Positions 1 to 12,354 are shown, numbered from the stretch's first letter. The stretch: 64,000 nucleotides of DNA from Octopus sinensis (GCF_006345805.1 NC_042999.1:10044001-10108000); one strand, 5' to 3'. A program made the numbers and translations. The notes: a model not told the origin generated them from the letters alone.

Positions 1-240
1 GTGTGTGTAAACGTATTTTTGTAAGTATGTGTAAATATGTATTTGTGTATGTATATATGGATGTATGTGTATATATATATGTGTGTGTATGTATGTGTAT
101 TAAGTGTATGCAAGTACGTGTATGTATAGGTATGTATGTATATATATGTGTGTGTGTATACATATGTGTGTATATATATATAGATATATAAATGCATACA
201 TATTATATATATATATATACATACACACACACACACACAC
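1..240. repeat. TG/TA/CA microsatellite mosaic
   Basis: Directly visible dinucleotide runs; accounts for ORFs 3..191, 104..514 and 192..392. Confidence 0.95.
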
Positions 241-384
241 ACTTCTTTCCAAAAGCAAGGCAATCTCTCCATGTCCAGATGTGTTTTTCCCTGGGGCTGA
301 AAAACAAATATCATTTCTTGCTCATTTACAACCATCCACAAGAGAAGGTGAGTGTACACACAATCATTACACGTGTTTTGGATT

Positions 385-512
385 TCTTTTAGTTTCTGTC
401 TACCACCAATTCTATTCACAAGGCTTTGGTCAGTCACGGCCCTATAGAAACATTTGCCCAAGGTGCTGCACAGTGGGACTGAACCAGAGACCACATGGTT
501 GGCAAGTAAGTT
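385..512 (-). mobile_element. Family-B tRNA-derived SINE fragment
   Basis: Matches the CACAAGGCTTTGGTC...ACTTGCCCAAGGTGC...CAGTGGGACTGAACC block found in full copies such as 3469-3851. Confidence 0.8.
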
Positions 513-539
513 GAAAGTCACTCCACTGGGAATCCAAAC

Positions 540-1060
540 TGCACTGCAACCCTGACATTCCAAGCAAGAATTGTTTGTTAATATTCTACAGTTTAAATTA
601 GCTTGATTTAAACCTTACCAGCCAATTTTGGTGAAGATTCCTTACAAGTAGTCACAGGGTACTTAGTTTTCCCATTGTGTATTCATCTTTGTCAATATAT
701 CCTAGAGATGGCAACAACTCCAGAAGATTAGTAACTTCGAGGGTGTTAGATTCATTATTTCTAATAGTTAAAAAGACTTCCTGGTGCATGAGGAACCAAC
801 TTGGAGTTAGTTTCACAACTTCTGGCATCCGTGTATTTTGAAGTCAAGTCTTTCCTTCTTCCGGGTCTGTATTAAGTTCACTGTTTTGTAGGGAGCCAAA
901 ACCTGGGCAACAAAGAAAGAAATTCAAGATCACTTTGACAGTATGTACACTAGGCAAGCAAAAGACCGTAAAGGCAATTTGTGGACTCCTTCCAGCCATC
1001 TTTAACTGTTGTTGGTCAATGCAGAGCAGCCACTGCTCACATGCTTAACAACCAGTCATA
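540..1060 (-). mobile_element. Very decayed RLE-type (HERO/NeSL-like) non-LTR retrotransposon C-terminal remnant
   Basis: Minus-strand translation KHVSSGCSALTNNS*RW resembles the HILSGCxxALxQGRYxWRH zinc-knuckle motif; many stops. Confidence 0.35.
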
Positions 1061-1216
1061 ACCAAGTTATATTTTGGAGACTTCTAAATACAATAAAGTT
1101 CCAACTACATTGAGGTTATTGGCAAACACACACACACACAATATGGTAGTGTTGTGGCCACTGGAAGAAGAATATTTCTTTTTCATTCTGCTCCCGGTTT
1201 TCCCTTTGGCTGCTTG

Positions 1217-1220
<4 letters not shown>

Positions 1221-1291
<71 letters not shown>
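1221..1291. repeat. (CT)n microsatellite
   Basis: Perfect CT run; explains the ERERER and LSLSLS ORFs. Confidence 0.98.
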
Positions 1292-1298
<7 letters not shown>

Positions 1299-1394
1299 AC
1301 CAGTTTATTGTTGCAATCAAATGCTTTCTGTTTATACATGTTTACTTTTTGCACCCTCACGCATGCAATGTATAACAAGAAACAAATTATTTTA

Positions 1395-1610
1395 TCATCA
1401 TCATCATCATATAACGTCTGCTTTCCATGCTAGCATGGGTTGGACGATTTGACTGAGGGCTGGCGAACCAGAAGGCCGCACCAGGCTCCAATCTTCATCT
1501 GGCAGAGTTTCTACAGCTGGATGCCCTTCCTAACTCCAACCAATCCAAGAGTGTAGTGGGCGCACGGGGCCAGTCAGGCGGTACTGGCAATGACCTCGCT
1601 CGAATCATAT
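1395..1610 (-). mobile_element. SINE/LINE-tail repeat with (GAT)n tail (RTE-related, inferred)
   Basis: (CAT)n followed by AACGTCTGCTTTCCATGCTAGCATGGGTTGGACGATTTGACTGAGG; reverse-complement copy at 4625-4918. Confidence 0.6.
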
Positions 1611-2189
1611 TCGAAACATCAGTATAAATATCAAGTTACTACGTACGTTTCACCATTCCAATTATTTGGAGCTCAGCATTGGTTGTTCCAAGTGTATCTG
1701 GATGTCTAACTGCAATGGATCATCAAGGGAACACTTTATTGATCTTGCGTGGCTGGAATATTTATACAGTTTAGATTTTTTTGGCTTGCCTTGTGGTATG
1801 AGAGGCAAAGGCTAGTTTTTACTATATCACAAGTAAGATAGAAATCTAAACTATATAAGTAAGCATTCTATCCACCCAAGATTAATAATCAAAAGCATAT
1901 CAATCAGGATATCCAACTTATCAACTAAAGAAATCTTTAAGAACACACGGTACTATGATGAGGTCCTACATGGCAGCAGATATAAGAGATCTGGTAGATA
2001 AATATGGAATTTAAAAACCCGACAGAAATTCTAGCTAGTGATCCTTAGAAAAAAAACAAGAATCCTCATGAACAAGAGGGGAAACCAACAATATCACGAA
2101 TAAGCCTACCACCAAGGGCGGGGGTGGGGGGAGAATAACATCTGTTGTGTCAGTGCTGATTTGGTTGCTATTTCTTGCAGTTTCAGCAA

Positions 2190-2400
2190 CTGCTCGGTGT
2201 TGTAAATATTCAGTAGGCTGGTTATATAAATTTAAAAGGCACGGCAATAAACAGAGGTGTCGCCAGGTTCTAAATGATGTTTTTTGTTAAAGCACCGTGA
2301 CACCGAACAATTTTTAACTCATTTCTCTTATATTACGCGAAATATTTCATTAGTATGTGTTCGCTATGAATGGTGTACATAACTGTGTGTAGAACATTGA
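2190..2400 (+). mobile_element. Tigger/pogo DNA transposon remnant
   Basis: Homologous to 3998-4190 (TATTCAGTAGGCTGGTTATATAAATTTAAAAGGCACGGC, a GWLxKFKxRHG-like motif). Confidence 0.45.
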
Positions 2401-2663
2401 TGATTGTGTGTGTGTGTGATTGAAGGGATTTGGGTGTTGGTATCAGGCCTAGCTACGATACCGGCACCGGCTTCGCCATATGTATACACACACACACAAG
2501 ACATTACAGTACAATTTCAGTGAGAGGCAGACTGCTATTTCTAGCATGTTGAAATGGTCTGTTGTAGAAGTATATACAAAACTTAGTGGTGTACTAAATG
2601 GTAGCGAGTGATTTGGAAGACAGTATTTTAAGAGATGCTCAATATATTATAATTGTTTAGCCC

Positions 2664-2868
2664 AAGGTGGCGCGAGCTGGCAGAATCGTTTGCACGCCGT
2701 TACGTTCTGAGTTCAAATTCCGCCGAGGTCGACTTTGTCTTTCATCCTTTCGGGGTCGATAAATAAAATACCAGTTTCGCACTGGGGTCGATATAATCGA
2801 CTTTATCCCTTTGTCTGTCCATGTTTGTCCCCTCTATGTTTAGTCCCTTGTGGGTAGTAAAGAAATAT
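2664..2868 (+). mobile_element. Family-A SINE with alternative (multimer-type) tail
   Basis: A-box-like head GCGAGCTGGCAGAATCGTT, B-box GTTCAAAT, core GGGGTCGATAAA, tail TTTAGTCCCTTGTGGGTAGTAAAGAAAT. Confidence 0.85.
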
Positions 2869-3468
2869 AATTGTTTAGCCCTGGGTTAGTGGAGATCGGC
2901 CAGAACCCTTGATACAAACGTATTCCAGCCCTAATGATCATTTTGCATTTCCTGCATGTCCTTCCATTTTTAAGACTGTGGGGTGTGACATTCAAGGAAG
3001 TCTTAGCTGTTATTTCGAACACATCGAGTGGCTGCTCAAAAGCTAGCTTCTGCCTCTTCTAATACAGTTCAAAATCCGAAGGTTTTTTTTAATGTTCTCA
3101 TGAAACGCCTCAAATGGAAACTTCTATAAAATGCTGGGAAGGTTCCAACTTGTTTGCCGTTACGATGCGTGGCTTCACCTACCCTGGGTAGGGCTTCCCC
3201 AGCTCAGGTGAGTTAGCGGCAGTAACAGCGCTCGTTACTCGTAGTTACCGCCTGTTTTGTACTTTGTGGTGTGAAGATGGTGAAAATATCGAAAACAGAA
3301 AACAGGTTTATCTTCAACGCAGTTAAATTGTTGAAGAAATGGTTGTCAGAAAGTCTGAAGTATTCGAGGAGTTTGGTGTTGGAAGGACGACGAGGAAACG
3401 GGACAAACTGTTGGAAAGTTCCGATGCTGAAAACGATGGACAAAAACTGAAGAAAAACAAACGGATAG

Positions 3469-3851
3469 GCGCAGGAGTGGCTGTGTGGTAAGTAGCTTGC
3501 TTACCAACCACATGGTTGCGGGTTCAGTCCCACTGCGTGGCATCTTGGGCAAGTGTCTTCTACTATAGCCTCGGGCCAACCAAAGCCTTGTGAGTGGATT
3601 TGGTAGACGGAAACTGAAAGAAGCCTGTCGTATATATGTATATATGTTTGTGTGTCTGTGTTTGTCCTCCTAGCATTGCTTGACAACCGATGCTGGTGTG
3701 TTTACGTCCCCGTCACTTAGCGGTTCGGCAAAAGAGACCGATAGAATAAGTACTGGGCTTACAAAGAATAAGTCCCGGGGTCGATTTGCTCGACTGGAGG
3801 CGGTGCTCCAGCATGGCCGCAGTCAAATGACTGAAACAAGTAAAAGAGTAA
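3469..3851 (+). mobile_element. Family-B tRNA-derived SINE, full length with internal microsatellite
   Basis: Head GGAGTGGCTGTGTGGTAAG...GGTTCAGTCCC, internal TA/TG run, 3' AAGTAAAAGAG tail; about ten related copies in the window. Confidence 0.9.
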
Positions 3852-4445
3852 TATAAAATGAACAATGAAGATCTCGATTGCGCACTGATTGGTGGTGGTG
3901 GTGGTCAGCGTCGGATTGAACGCATGTCAGTTAAGAGAATGCTGATCATGAAACGAGCAAAAGTCTATTATGAACTGAATATTGAAGGTAACTGTAAAAT
4001 ATTCAGCAGGCTGCTGGTTATAGAAATTTAAAAGGCATGGCAATTAACAGAGGTATGACCAGGTTCTAAGGTTAGTGCGAACAAACACATAAAAAAAAGG
4101 CTCCATTACTCACACCAAATGATTTTTTAAACTCATTTCTCTTATATTTCTCTGAAATATTTAATTAGTTATTAATAAACGTAACTGTGTTCTCCATTCA
4201 TTGATTTTTATGTTTCAGTCTCGGTGTCATCAGGTATGAAACCTGCAGATACAGGTAACGAAAGAGTTGAAAGGGCGCCAATTTTGAAAAAAAAGCCTGC
4301 TCGGTGGGAGCGGTCGCTGGCCGCTGGCAAGAAATATTCAAAGATTTTGTAGGAATGAAACATCTGCTGAGAACAAAAAGCAGCAGAGAAATTCATTGAT
4401 GAGTTTACTAAGTTCGTCGCTGATGGGAATCTAACAACAGAACAA
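3850..4445 (+). mobile_element. Tigger/pogo-family transposase remnant
   Basis: Translations QRRIERMSVKRMLIMKRAKVYYELNIEGNCK (3906-3998) and AAEKFIDEFTKFVADGNLTTEQ (about 4380-4445) match the CENP-B/Tigger HTH-to-DDE region; frameshifted and interrupted. Confidence 0.7.
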
Positions 4446-4624
4446 AGTACCCTCTCCCTCAAATTTCTCGGACCTGACGTAGTAATAAATGTCCGGGGCT
4501 GGGTTTGTCTTCAAATTTGTGAGCAGGAATCATATCAGATTTATTTTTCCTTTACTACAGTAGGCGCAACACGATATTTTTAGTGAGATCGGAATTTCAA
4601 ATCCGTTTGAGTGTAACATGAGTG

Positions 4625-4918
4625 TTTTCTATTTCCCACGTGAAACATTAGAGCGAGGTCGTCACCAGTGCCGCTGGACTGGCTCCTGTGCAGGTGGCAC
4701 GTAAAAAGCACCATTTGGGCGTGGCCGTTGCCAGTACCACCAAACTGGCCCTCGTGTCGGTGGCACTTTAAAAGCACCCACTACACTCTCGGAGAGGTTG
4801 GCGTTAGGAAGGGCATCCAGCTGTAGAAACACTGCCAGATCAGATTGGTTCGCCAGACCTCAGTCAAATCGTCCAACCCATGCTAGCATGGAAAGCGGAC
4901 GTTAAATGATGGTGATGA
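4625..4918 (+). mobile_element. SINE/LINE-tail repeat with (GAT)n tail
   Basis: Reverse complement of the family at 1395-1610. Confidence 0.6.
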
Positions 4919-5329
4919 TATTAATTCACTTGTAATTATGTTCAATGCTTTGTTACATTTAAACTCATAAATATCTAGTAACAAAACAAAACAAAAATAA
5001 AATAGAATACAGAGGAAAATTGATATCTTTTCTTTCTAATGGCATTATGAATAAAAAGATTAAAGATTTATATAAAACTACAGTCAGGGCATGTGCCGGA
5101 TTTTATGGAATTGAGGTTTAAAGAATCGTTGAAATACGCGGTCAATGAAGAATAAGAATGAGGATAATGATAATTCTGTCTCCAAGAGTTACAAAGCCTG
5201 GAATTTTATGGGAAAGAGTTAAGCAGTTAGGTCGATACCCAGTACTCAAATGGTACTTATCGACACCCAAAGGATGAAAGGCAAGGACGTCCTCGGCGGA
5301 ATGTGAACTCAAAATGTAAAGACGAACGA

Positions 5330-6022
5330 AATTTGTTGGGAGGGGACCAGTCGATTACATCGACCCCAGTGCTTCATTGGTATTTAATTTATCGACCTCG
5401 GCGGAATTTGAACACAGAACGGGCGAAATACCTCTTTCTTTACTACCCTCAAGGGGCTAAACACAGAGAGGACAGACAAAGGGATTAAGTCGATTATATC
5501 GACTCCAGCGCGTAACTGGTACTTAATTTATCGACCCCGAAAGGATAAAAGGCAAAGTCGACCTCGGCGGAATTTGAACTCAGAACGTAACGGCAGACGA
5601 AATACCTATTTCTTTACTACCCACAGGGGGCTAAACACAGAGAGGACAAACAAGGACAGACAAACGGATTAAGTCGATTATATCGACCCCAGCGCGTAAC
5701 TGGTACTTAATTTATCGACCCCGAAAGGATGAAAGGCAAAGTCGACCTCGGCGGAATTTGAACTCAGAACGTAACGGCAGACAAAATACCTATTTCTTTA
5801 CTACCCACAAGGGGCTAAACACAGAGAGGACAAACAAGGACAGACAAACGGATTAAGTCGATTACATCGACCCCAGTGCGTAACTGGTACTTAATTTATC
5901 GACCCCGAAAGGATAAAAGGCAAAGTCGACCTCGGCGGAATTTGAACTCACAACGTAACGCAGACGAAATACCGTCAAGCATTTCGCCCGGCGTGCTAAC
6001 GATTCTACCAGCTCACCGCCTT
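5330..6022 (-). mobile_element. Family-A SINE multimer: head, three ~180-bp units and a terminal standard-tail unit
   Basis: Units 5432-5605, 5606-5789 and 5790-5972, each joined at GAAATAC/CT(A/C)TTTCTTTAC; single head 5973-6022. Confidence 0.9.
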
Positions 6023-6027
6023 GATGA

Positions 6028-6029
6028 TG

Positions 6030-6074
<45 letters not shown>

Positions 6075-6090
6075 TAATAATAATAATAAC
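6028..6090. repeat. (TAA)n microsatellite
   Basis: Direct. Confidence 0.97.
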
Positions 6091-6429
6091 GATGTTGTTG
6101 ATGAGCTTATAATATACAATACTCGGACTACAATTTGTTGGACGAGAGTAAAAGGGGAGAGAGAAAGAATGCAATGAAAGTCAAAAAAGTACATTCAGAG
6201 TACAGTGAAAGGGGAACGAATGCATTGAAGAAGCCCTGGATTAAGAATGTAAAAACAAGATTAAATAGTCAAACGCGCAAATTAAATGTTTTGCTCTATA
6301 TCCTACCTTTTTGAGTTCAAGCCCCCGGGGGAGTAAATTTTGTCTTTCATCCCACTGGGGAAAAAAAAGTCTTTAAGTACCGGTAATATGCCAAGGTCGA
6401 TGAAATTGAGTTTTCTGGATATTCTTTTC

Positions 6430-6800
6430 TACTCTAGGCACAAGGCCTGAAATTTTGGAGGAGCAGGGGCTAGAATCGATTAGACTAACCCCAGTGCGAA
6501 ACTGGTACTTAATTTATCGACCCCCAAAAGAATGAAAGGCAAAGTCGACTTCGGCGGAATTTGAATTCAGAACGTAACGGCAGACGAAATACCTATTTCT
6601 TTACTACCCACAAGGGGCTAAACACAGAGAGGACAGACAAACGGATTAAGTCGATTATATCGACCCCAGTGCGTAACTGGTACTTATTTAATCGACCCCG
6701 AAAGGATGAAAGGCAAAGTCGACCTCGGCGGAATTTGAACTCAGAACGTAGCGGCAGACGAAATACCGCCAAGCATATCGCTCTGCCTGCTAACGATTCT
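6430..6800 (-). mobile_element. Family-A SINE dimer
   Basis: Same junction at 6592/6593; head 6767-6800. Confidence 0.85.
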
Positions 6801-7730
6801 GAGTTTTCTAGATATTGGAACAACTTCGATCTAATCAGCATTTTATCGATTGTTTATGAATCAACTAAAAAGGTGAATTTGGTTTTCTATCACCTCTACT
6901 CACTGGGGTTGGCGCAATATGGCTGCAGGGTTAGAAAGTTTATTTTGCAGCCGCATGGTCCTGGATTCAATCCCGTTGCTTTGGTATCTTGGGCGAATGT
7001 CGTTTTCTTTAATTTCAGGTATATCTATTCCTTGTGAGTGAAACTGGGTCGATGGAAACTGTAAAGAATCCTGTCAGGTGAATTGTGCCTGTTGTTCAAA
7101 CGGTATGGCTTGGTCTCACGCTGATTCTGCCCGAGAATTACGTTAAGGACACAAGTGTATGCGGAATACTCAGCCACTTGTACATTAATTCGGGAGCGAG
7201 TAATCCAATTGATCGAACGACAGCATGTTAATCGTCGAAACCGACGGAGATCCACTACCATCACTCACTAAAAGGTGAAAGGTGAAAGAGTGGTCTACAC
7301 GCGTCATTCTTTGGTAACCGGGTTAGAATTTGGTTCGTGAGGAGGCTGTTTTAGCAGTAAAAAAGCCTCCTTACCACGGGGCCCTATAGTATTCTTTGAC
7401 AACAAGCCACTTCATATATAGAGTAGAATTAGGCCCGTGAGGTCTCCAGGCCTTCAGGCTGCATCGTTCGTCATTATCCTTCTATAGAAACTTCGAAGGG
7501 ATAAGAATAACGGAGAATGAAAGCGTACTCCATCCCCTAATTGTGTAGCGAATGAGGTGCGTGGCTGCAGGATTCCTGTGACAGCTTGAGACGGGGAATG
7601 GTTTAGGAATCATTGGAATTCAGAGTCAGCTCATTGGAGAATATCTTGGAAGTCAGCTACCAGAAGGGAAGTGGTAGAAAGAAATCAAAGAATTTGTCGG
7701 TTTTTAACAAATGGATTCATATAATAATAA

Positions 7731-8320
7731 TAATGAAATTATTGTATACAGTGCTCAGAAGCACCACAACTTGTCAAAAGTTCGTATAAAGTATATGCAG
7801 TAATGTACAAATGTCTGGGAAAGTGAACAGTGTATGAGTCAGATAGATGCTTGTGTGTGTATGGAGGGGAGAAAATCAGGTATAGTGTTGGCGAATCTCA
7901 GGAAGCATGGAAGTTTTGAAGGATGCAGTGCTCCGACAACTAACAACTGATGCCGGCAGTTTGTTCCATGCTTCAGCAACTCTAAGCGTGAAAAAATGTT
8001 TCCGAAAGTCATGGGGACTGAGCTGTTTTCTGACTTTGTAAACATGTCCACGGGTGTTAGACAGGTGGAGTTTGAAAAGGTGCTCATCGTGGTAAAGAAG
8101 AGAGATATCCTGTTTGTTGTTTTGTACGAAGAGAATGAAGAAAACAGGTGGGGGAAAATAGTGTTAACTTTAGAGACATAGGAGTGTTGTTGGCTGGGCT
8201 CTCTTGATTGAAGCGGAGTCAAGAAGCTGGTGAAAATCTGCTTAGCGAAGGAGTTGCGGTTAAGAAAGGAGGTTGGCCGCGTTAGGTGTGGACTGGGATA
8301 TAAAAACGAAAAAAGTATTG
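7731..8320 (-). mobile_element. CR1-clade LINE 3' fragment
   Basis: Homologous to 35905-36335, whose minus frame gives TRGH...FRKHFFTLRVAEAWDRLP (CR1 C-terminal motif). Confidence 0.75.
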
Positions 8321-8478
8321 TCGTTTAATTTTTCTTGCAACAATTGTTCCTGGTAAATAATAATATATGAGAATTGGTCGTTAGTATCGCCGGGGCAGGA
8401 TTTGTGTTTTCATTGCAATGCATAATCGACGCGTGAGAATTCCTACAAGGTGTTCAACACGATGAAAAGCCGCCTCAC

Positions 8479-8519
8479 CGCGCCTCCCCCGCTCGCTCGC
8501 TCCCGTTGTTCATGATTGA
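8479..8519 (-). other. Candidate short exon with ATG (MNNGSERAGEAR, phase 2) in a CpG-rich islet
   Basis: Minus strand TTTTTTCTTTTCCCCCTCGGAAG/TCAATC-ATG...GCGCG/GTGAGG; no homology recognised. Confidence 0.25.
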
Positions 8520-9489
8520 CTTCCGAGGGGGAAAAGAAAAAAGTTATATGTACATAAATATAAATAGATTATCTCAGCAAATGTTTGCTTGTTAGAAGGT
8601 TGGTTCATTCAAGCGTATTGTTCCGCTTCATTGCACAATCCCTTCTTGCCATACTTTTTCTTTTTTTCACGCTCTCTTCAAATATCATAGCACACAGAAA
8701 GGAGTATTTCAATGCACATTAGCAGGTTTCAAACACACACACAGACAATGTGTGTGTCTGTGTATCTGTGTGTGTATGTTTGTAGTCCATTCAACAACGA
8801 GTCTTCTCGCATGGGAACTAGTTAAGTACTACGTTTCCACAGTAGAGTCTTTTCTCTCTTAACGCCACACATTGACTTGTTACAGCTGTTGCATTTCCCG
8901 ATATTTTACAGAAGTGACATGGGGGGTTCGAATTGTTAAGACGTATTCACCTGAGGCCATTGTATTTCTTCAGCAACAAAAGATTCCAGCTGTTGTGAAA
9001 ATAAAATTACCCTAAAAAAGCCACAAACTACGATTAAATTAATATAATAATTGCTTACCTAATGATTTCAAAGTACAATGGATTCTTACAATACTTTTCT
9101 GACCTCTGTCATTGTCGTTGTGGTTGTTGTTATTATCGATGGCATCGTAATTCTTGCAGCGGAGATCCAGAAAATGGTAAAGGCTGACAGTTATTTTGTT
9201 ATTTTCTTTTAAAAGAAACATGATTTTGGTTGTCAAATCGATTGATTATCAACCCAATTATCGATTTATCGAAGCAGTCCCACTTGCTTTTGTATATGTT
9301 ATTGTTTTTTTGTTTCTTTCAGTCTTTTGTTCTTTAATTTTGGGCAGCAGTGTAAAAAAGAAGAAAAAAAACGTGGTAGAGTTAAAGTTTCTAGCTGAAA
9401 CCAAGCCGACGGAAACCGGTTTCGATTTCCAGTTGCAGCCACTTAAAGATATTGGTGCGAAGGGCTAGGAGATAACTGAAACGACCGCA

Positions 9490-9790
9490 AAGATATTTAG
9501 CATAATGGTTAAGCTGTTTGGCTCACAATCAGAACGTCGAGGGTTCGATTCCTGGACCGGAGTGCACGTAGTATTGTTGAACAAGTTACTTCATTGCTCC
9601 AGTGTACTCTGTCTGAAAATGAGTACGTCCGAGTATTACCACAACTCTTTGTACTCGTCTTCGGCTGTCATGACTTGAACGTTCCGTTGGCTCAAAGGGT
9701 GGGAGAGTCAAGAGGGTGTCCGTGTCTGCTCGTCACTACAGAGGCACCCAGAACAATTAGCGAAAGCAGGGTACGAGTTGTAACAAAGTG
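9490..9790 (+). mobile_element. tRNA-derived SINE (minor family, Deu/Nin-core-like)
   Basis: Head TAATGGTTAAG...GGGTTCGATTCC followed by CATTGCTCCAGTGTACTC...AAATGAGTAC. Confidence 0.55.
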
Positions 9791-9972
9791 AGCTCCTGGG
9801 TCCTAAAAAGGTAAAGTCAACGTCACAGTTCGCTATGAACTCTTACAAGGTAGGACGATAGACTTGGCGTTTGTAAGAAACCTAGTCTGGTGCTCAACAA
9901 TTTGTACCAAATACCGTTGAATAAATATGTGGAATGGTTTTGATGCAAATGTCTTTAGAAGCAATAGGCTGA

Positions 9973-10410
9973 AAGGCGTCGAGCTGGCAGACTCGGTAGC
10001 ACGCCAGGCAAAATGCTTAGCGGCATTTCGTCGGCCTTTACGTTCTGAGTTCAAATGTCGCCGGGATCAGCTTTGCCTTCTATCTCTTCGGAGTCGATAA
10101 AATACCAGTTGAGTACTGGGGTCGATGCAGCTGATTAACCCCGTTCCCTAAAATTGCTGACCTTGTGCCAAAAGTTGAAACGAGTGTTAATGCCAGCTTA
10201 AAGGCGTCGAGCTGGTAGAGTCGGAAGCGCGCCGAACAAAATGCTTTGCGGCATTTCATTTGTGATTTGTGTTCTGAGTTCAAATTCCGCCGAGGTCTAC
10301 TTAACTCTTCATCCTTTTGAGGTCAGTAAAATAAACACCAATTGATCACTGGGGTCGATCTAATCGACTTAACCCCTCCCCTGAACTTATTGGTATTCTG
10401 CCAAAGTTTG
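9973..10410 (+). mobile_element. Two consecutive family-A SINEs with standard tail
   Basis: Heads at 9973 and 10200; core GGAGTCGATAAAATACCAG; CC...AAATTGCTG.CCTTGTGCC-type tail. Confidence 0.8.
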
Positions 10411-10869
10411 AAGTCATTATTTTGAAAGCGAACGTTTTTGTGGATTTGTGCCAAAGGGAGCCCCCATACAAACACAACTAGGGAACAATAACAGTCTGCA
10501 TATAGCCTTAAAATATTTGAACAGATGCAGTCTCGGTGAAATGCTGCTGCCAGGCTGTGTGAAGCATATTCAGTAATTCGAAACGGCTAATGGTTTTATT
10601 TTGGTGGTTCCTTCATTTCCTTAAATGATTCAATATTTAACAGTGATTGATCATTTAATGCCGATTCTATAATGGGTTTTTGCTTTTGGTGAGACATTCT
10701 TGTAAGAAGCCGAACATTTCCAGCAATCGTGTTTCTGAACGTCATCGATCCATGAACTCGTGGAATCTGTGGGGAATAAACATGAAACGCTTTGCTCAAC
10801 ACAGCAACTGTAGGAATTACTTGCAGGCAATTCTTTTGATGAGGATTAATGGTATCATAAGGTAGAAAG

Positions 10870-11640
10870 CCCTTCAGTATCCCCAGCAGGTAGCTCAGGG
10901 TCACAAGCGTTTCGCTCGAATGAGGTAACAAGGATTGAATTGAGCTTCACTTGCTGAAGGATTCCATTTGTTGTCTCTTGTCAACAACATCCACCTTGAG
11001 CTGGTTATGAGCTGCCATTTCTAGCTCCTTGGTGGCTCTCTTTAGTTGTTTGAGTTCAAAGACTAATCTTCAACAGGAAAAGAAAAAAAAAAAGAAAGCC
11101 AAAAGTCTTTCTGAAAATTCTTGGTGGCCGACTTCAATCGGGAATGAGATCACAGTTCATCCTAAGGCAAGAACTTCATTAACCAATTTTTGATCTGAGC
11201 TTTTTGTTTATTTCGTTTGGTGAGAAAGGTCAACTTTGTCTTTCTAGGGCACCGTGAGTTCAACCACAATGATTGTTTTGCGCTCCTGGATAGAAGAAAC
11301 ATGTCTAATCGAAGCGATGTCCCCTAGTCTGAGGCTTGGTGCAAATATAGAAAATAGTATCGCTCACATTTGCTTTCGCCTCAAAAAACTTGGAATCTGA
11401 TACTTTTGGGTTGTAATGGTTGTTGCTTGTTGGCTTCAACTTTCCGTCCTTCTGGTAATTTCTATAAGAACCTTGCTGTGCTTCCAGTTCTATCCGGCCT
11501 TCTCCCAGTGCCTCAGGGTATCCGTCAGCACTTTTCAGGATTGTTAGGCTCTGAGATTTTCCTGTATTGAATTTCATATGTGACCATAAGACAATCTTTT
11601 CCACCGAGCGGAGTCCACTGTTCTTTCGTTTCATAATGTT
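10870..11640 (-). mobile_element. HERO-like RLE non-LTR retrotransposon 3' remnant
   Basis: Minus frame KTIIVVELTVP*KDKVDLSHQTK...G*TVISFPIEVGHQEF (11290-11110) matches the ELTVPWE...FPxEVGC restriction-like endonuclease motif. Confidence 0.7.
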
Positions 11641-11914
11641 ATAACCATTACACCATCCATAAACCCCTTCAGACTGGATAATCTTGAATTGTCATCCGTT
11701 TCTAGCCCTCTAAATTGCTTTTCTCTCACTTCTAGATTCAAACGATCCACGAACAAGCACTAGTTGATGAACAGATGTTAAACCATTACAGATGTGTGTG
11801 TCCCCTAAAATAATGAAGCTTATAGTCCCTCTTCGTAATACCTTGAACAAGGCAGACTAATGCCTTGTGAGTGAAATTTGGAAAATGAAAACTGTACGGA
11901 TGTCCGTCCTACGC

Positions 11915-11963
<49 letters not shown>

Positions 11964-12354
11964 TGTGGCTTAAAAAACAATATGGACTGTTCAGTTTATT
12001 CAAGTAAGTTTTGAGAAACTAACAAAAACCAAAGAAACAATGCATAGGTTCCCATGCCCCAGCAAGGCCGTAGTCCAATGACTTAAACAAGTAAAAGAGT
12101 AAAATAGGTACTACAGGCTGTACAAGTATTTAAGGTTTTCTCCGTAATTGTTATCAGCCACCAAACACCGACACAGACCACCATCATCATCATCATCACC
12201 ACCCGCGTAATTATTTCCAACACTGATGTAAAGGCCAAACGTTTACTCGATTCTTCCAATCGATTATATGAACTCGACCCCATTATATAACTGGTACTTA
12301 TTTTATTGAATCACTTTCCTCGCAATTGAAAACACATCGTTTCTATGATAATAA

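Noticed and set aside
3469-3545. tRNA genes at SINE heads
   Set aside because: A and B boxes are present but there is no cloverleaf, and they continue into SINE bodies
5606-5660. HDV-like ribozyme in the SINE alternative tail (CCC-ACAA-GGG-GCTAA)
   Set aside because: No upstream P2 partner or P1/P3 could be built
5330-6022. CRISPR-like or satellite array
   Set aside because: Units are whole SINE bodies with no unique spacers; eukaryotic context
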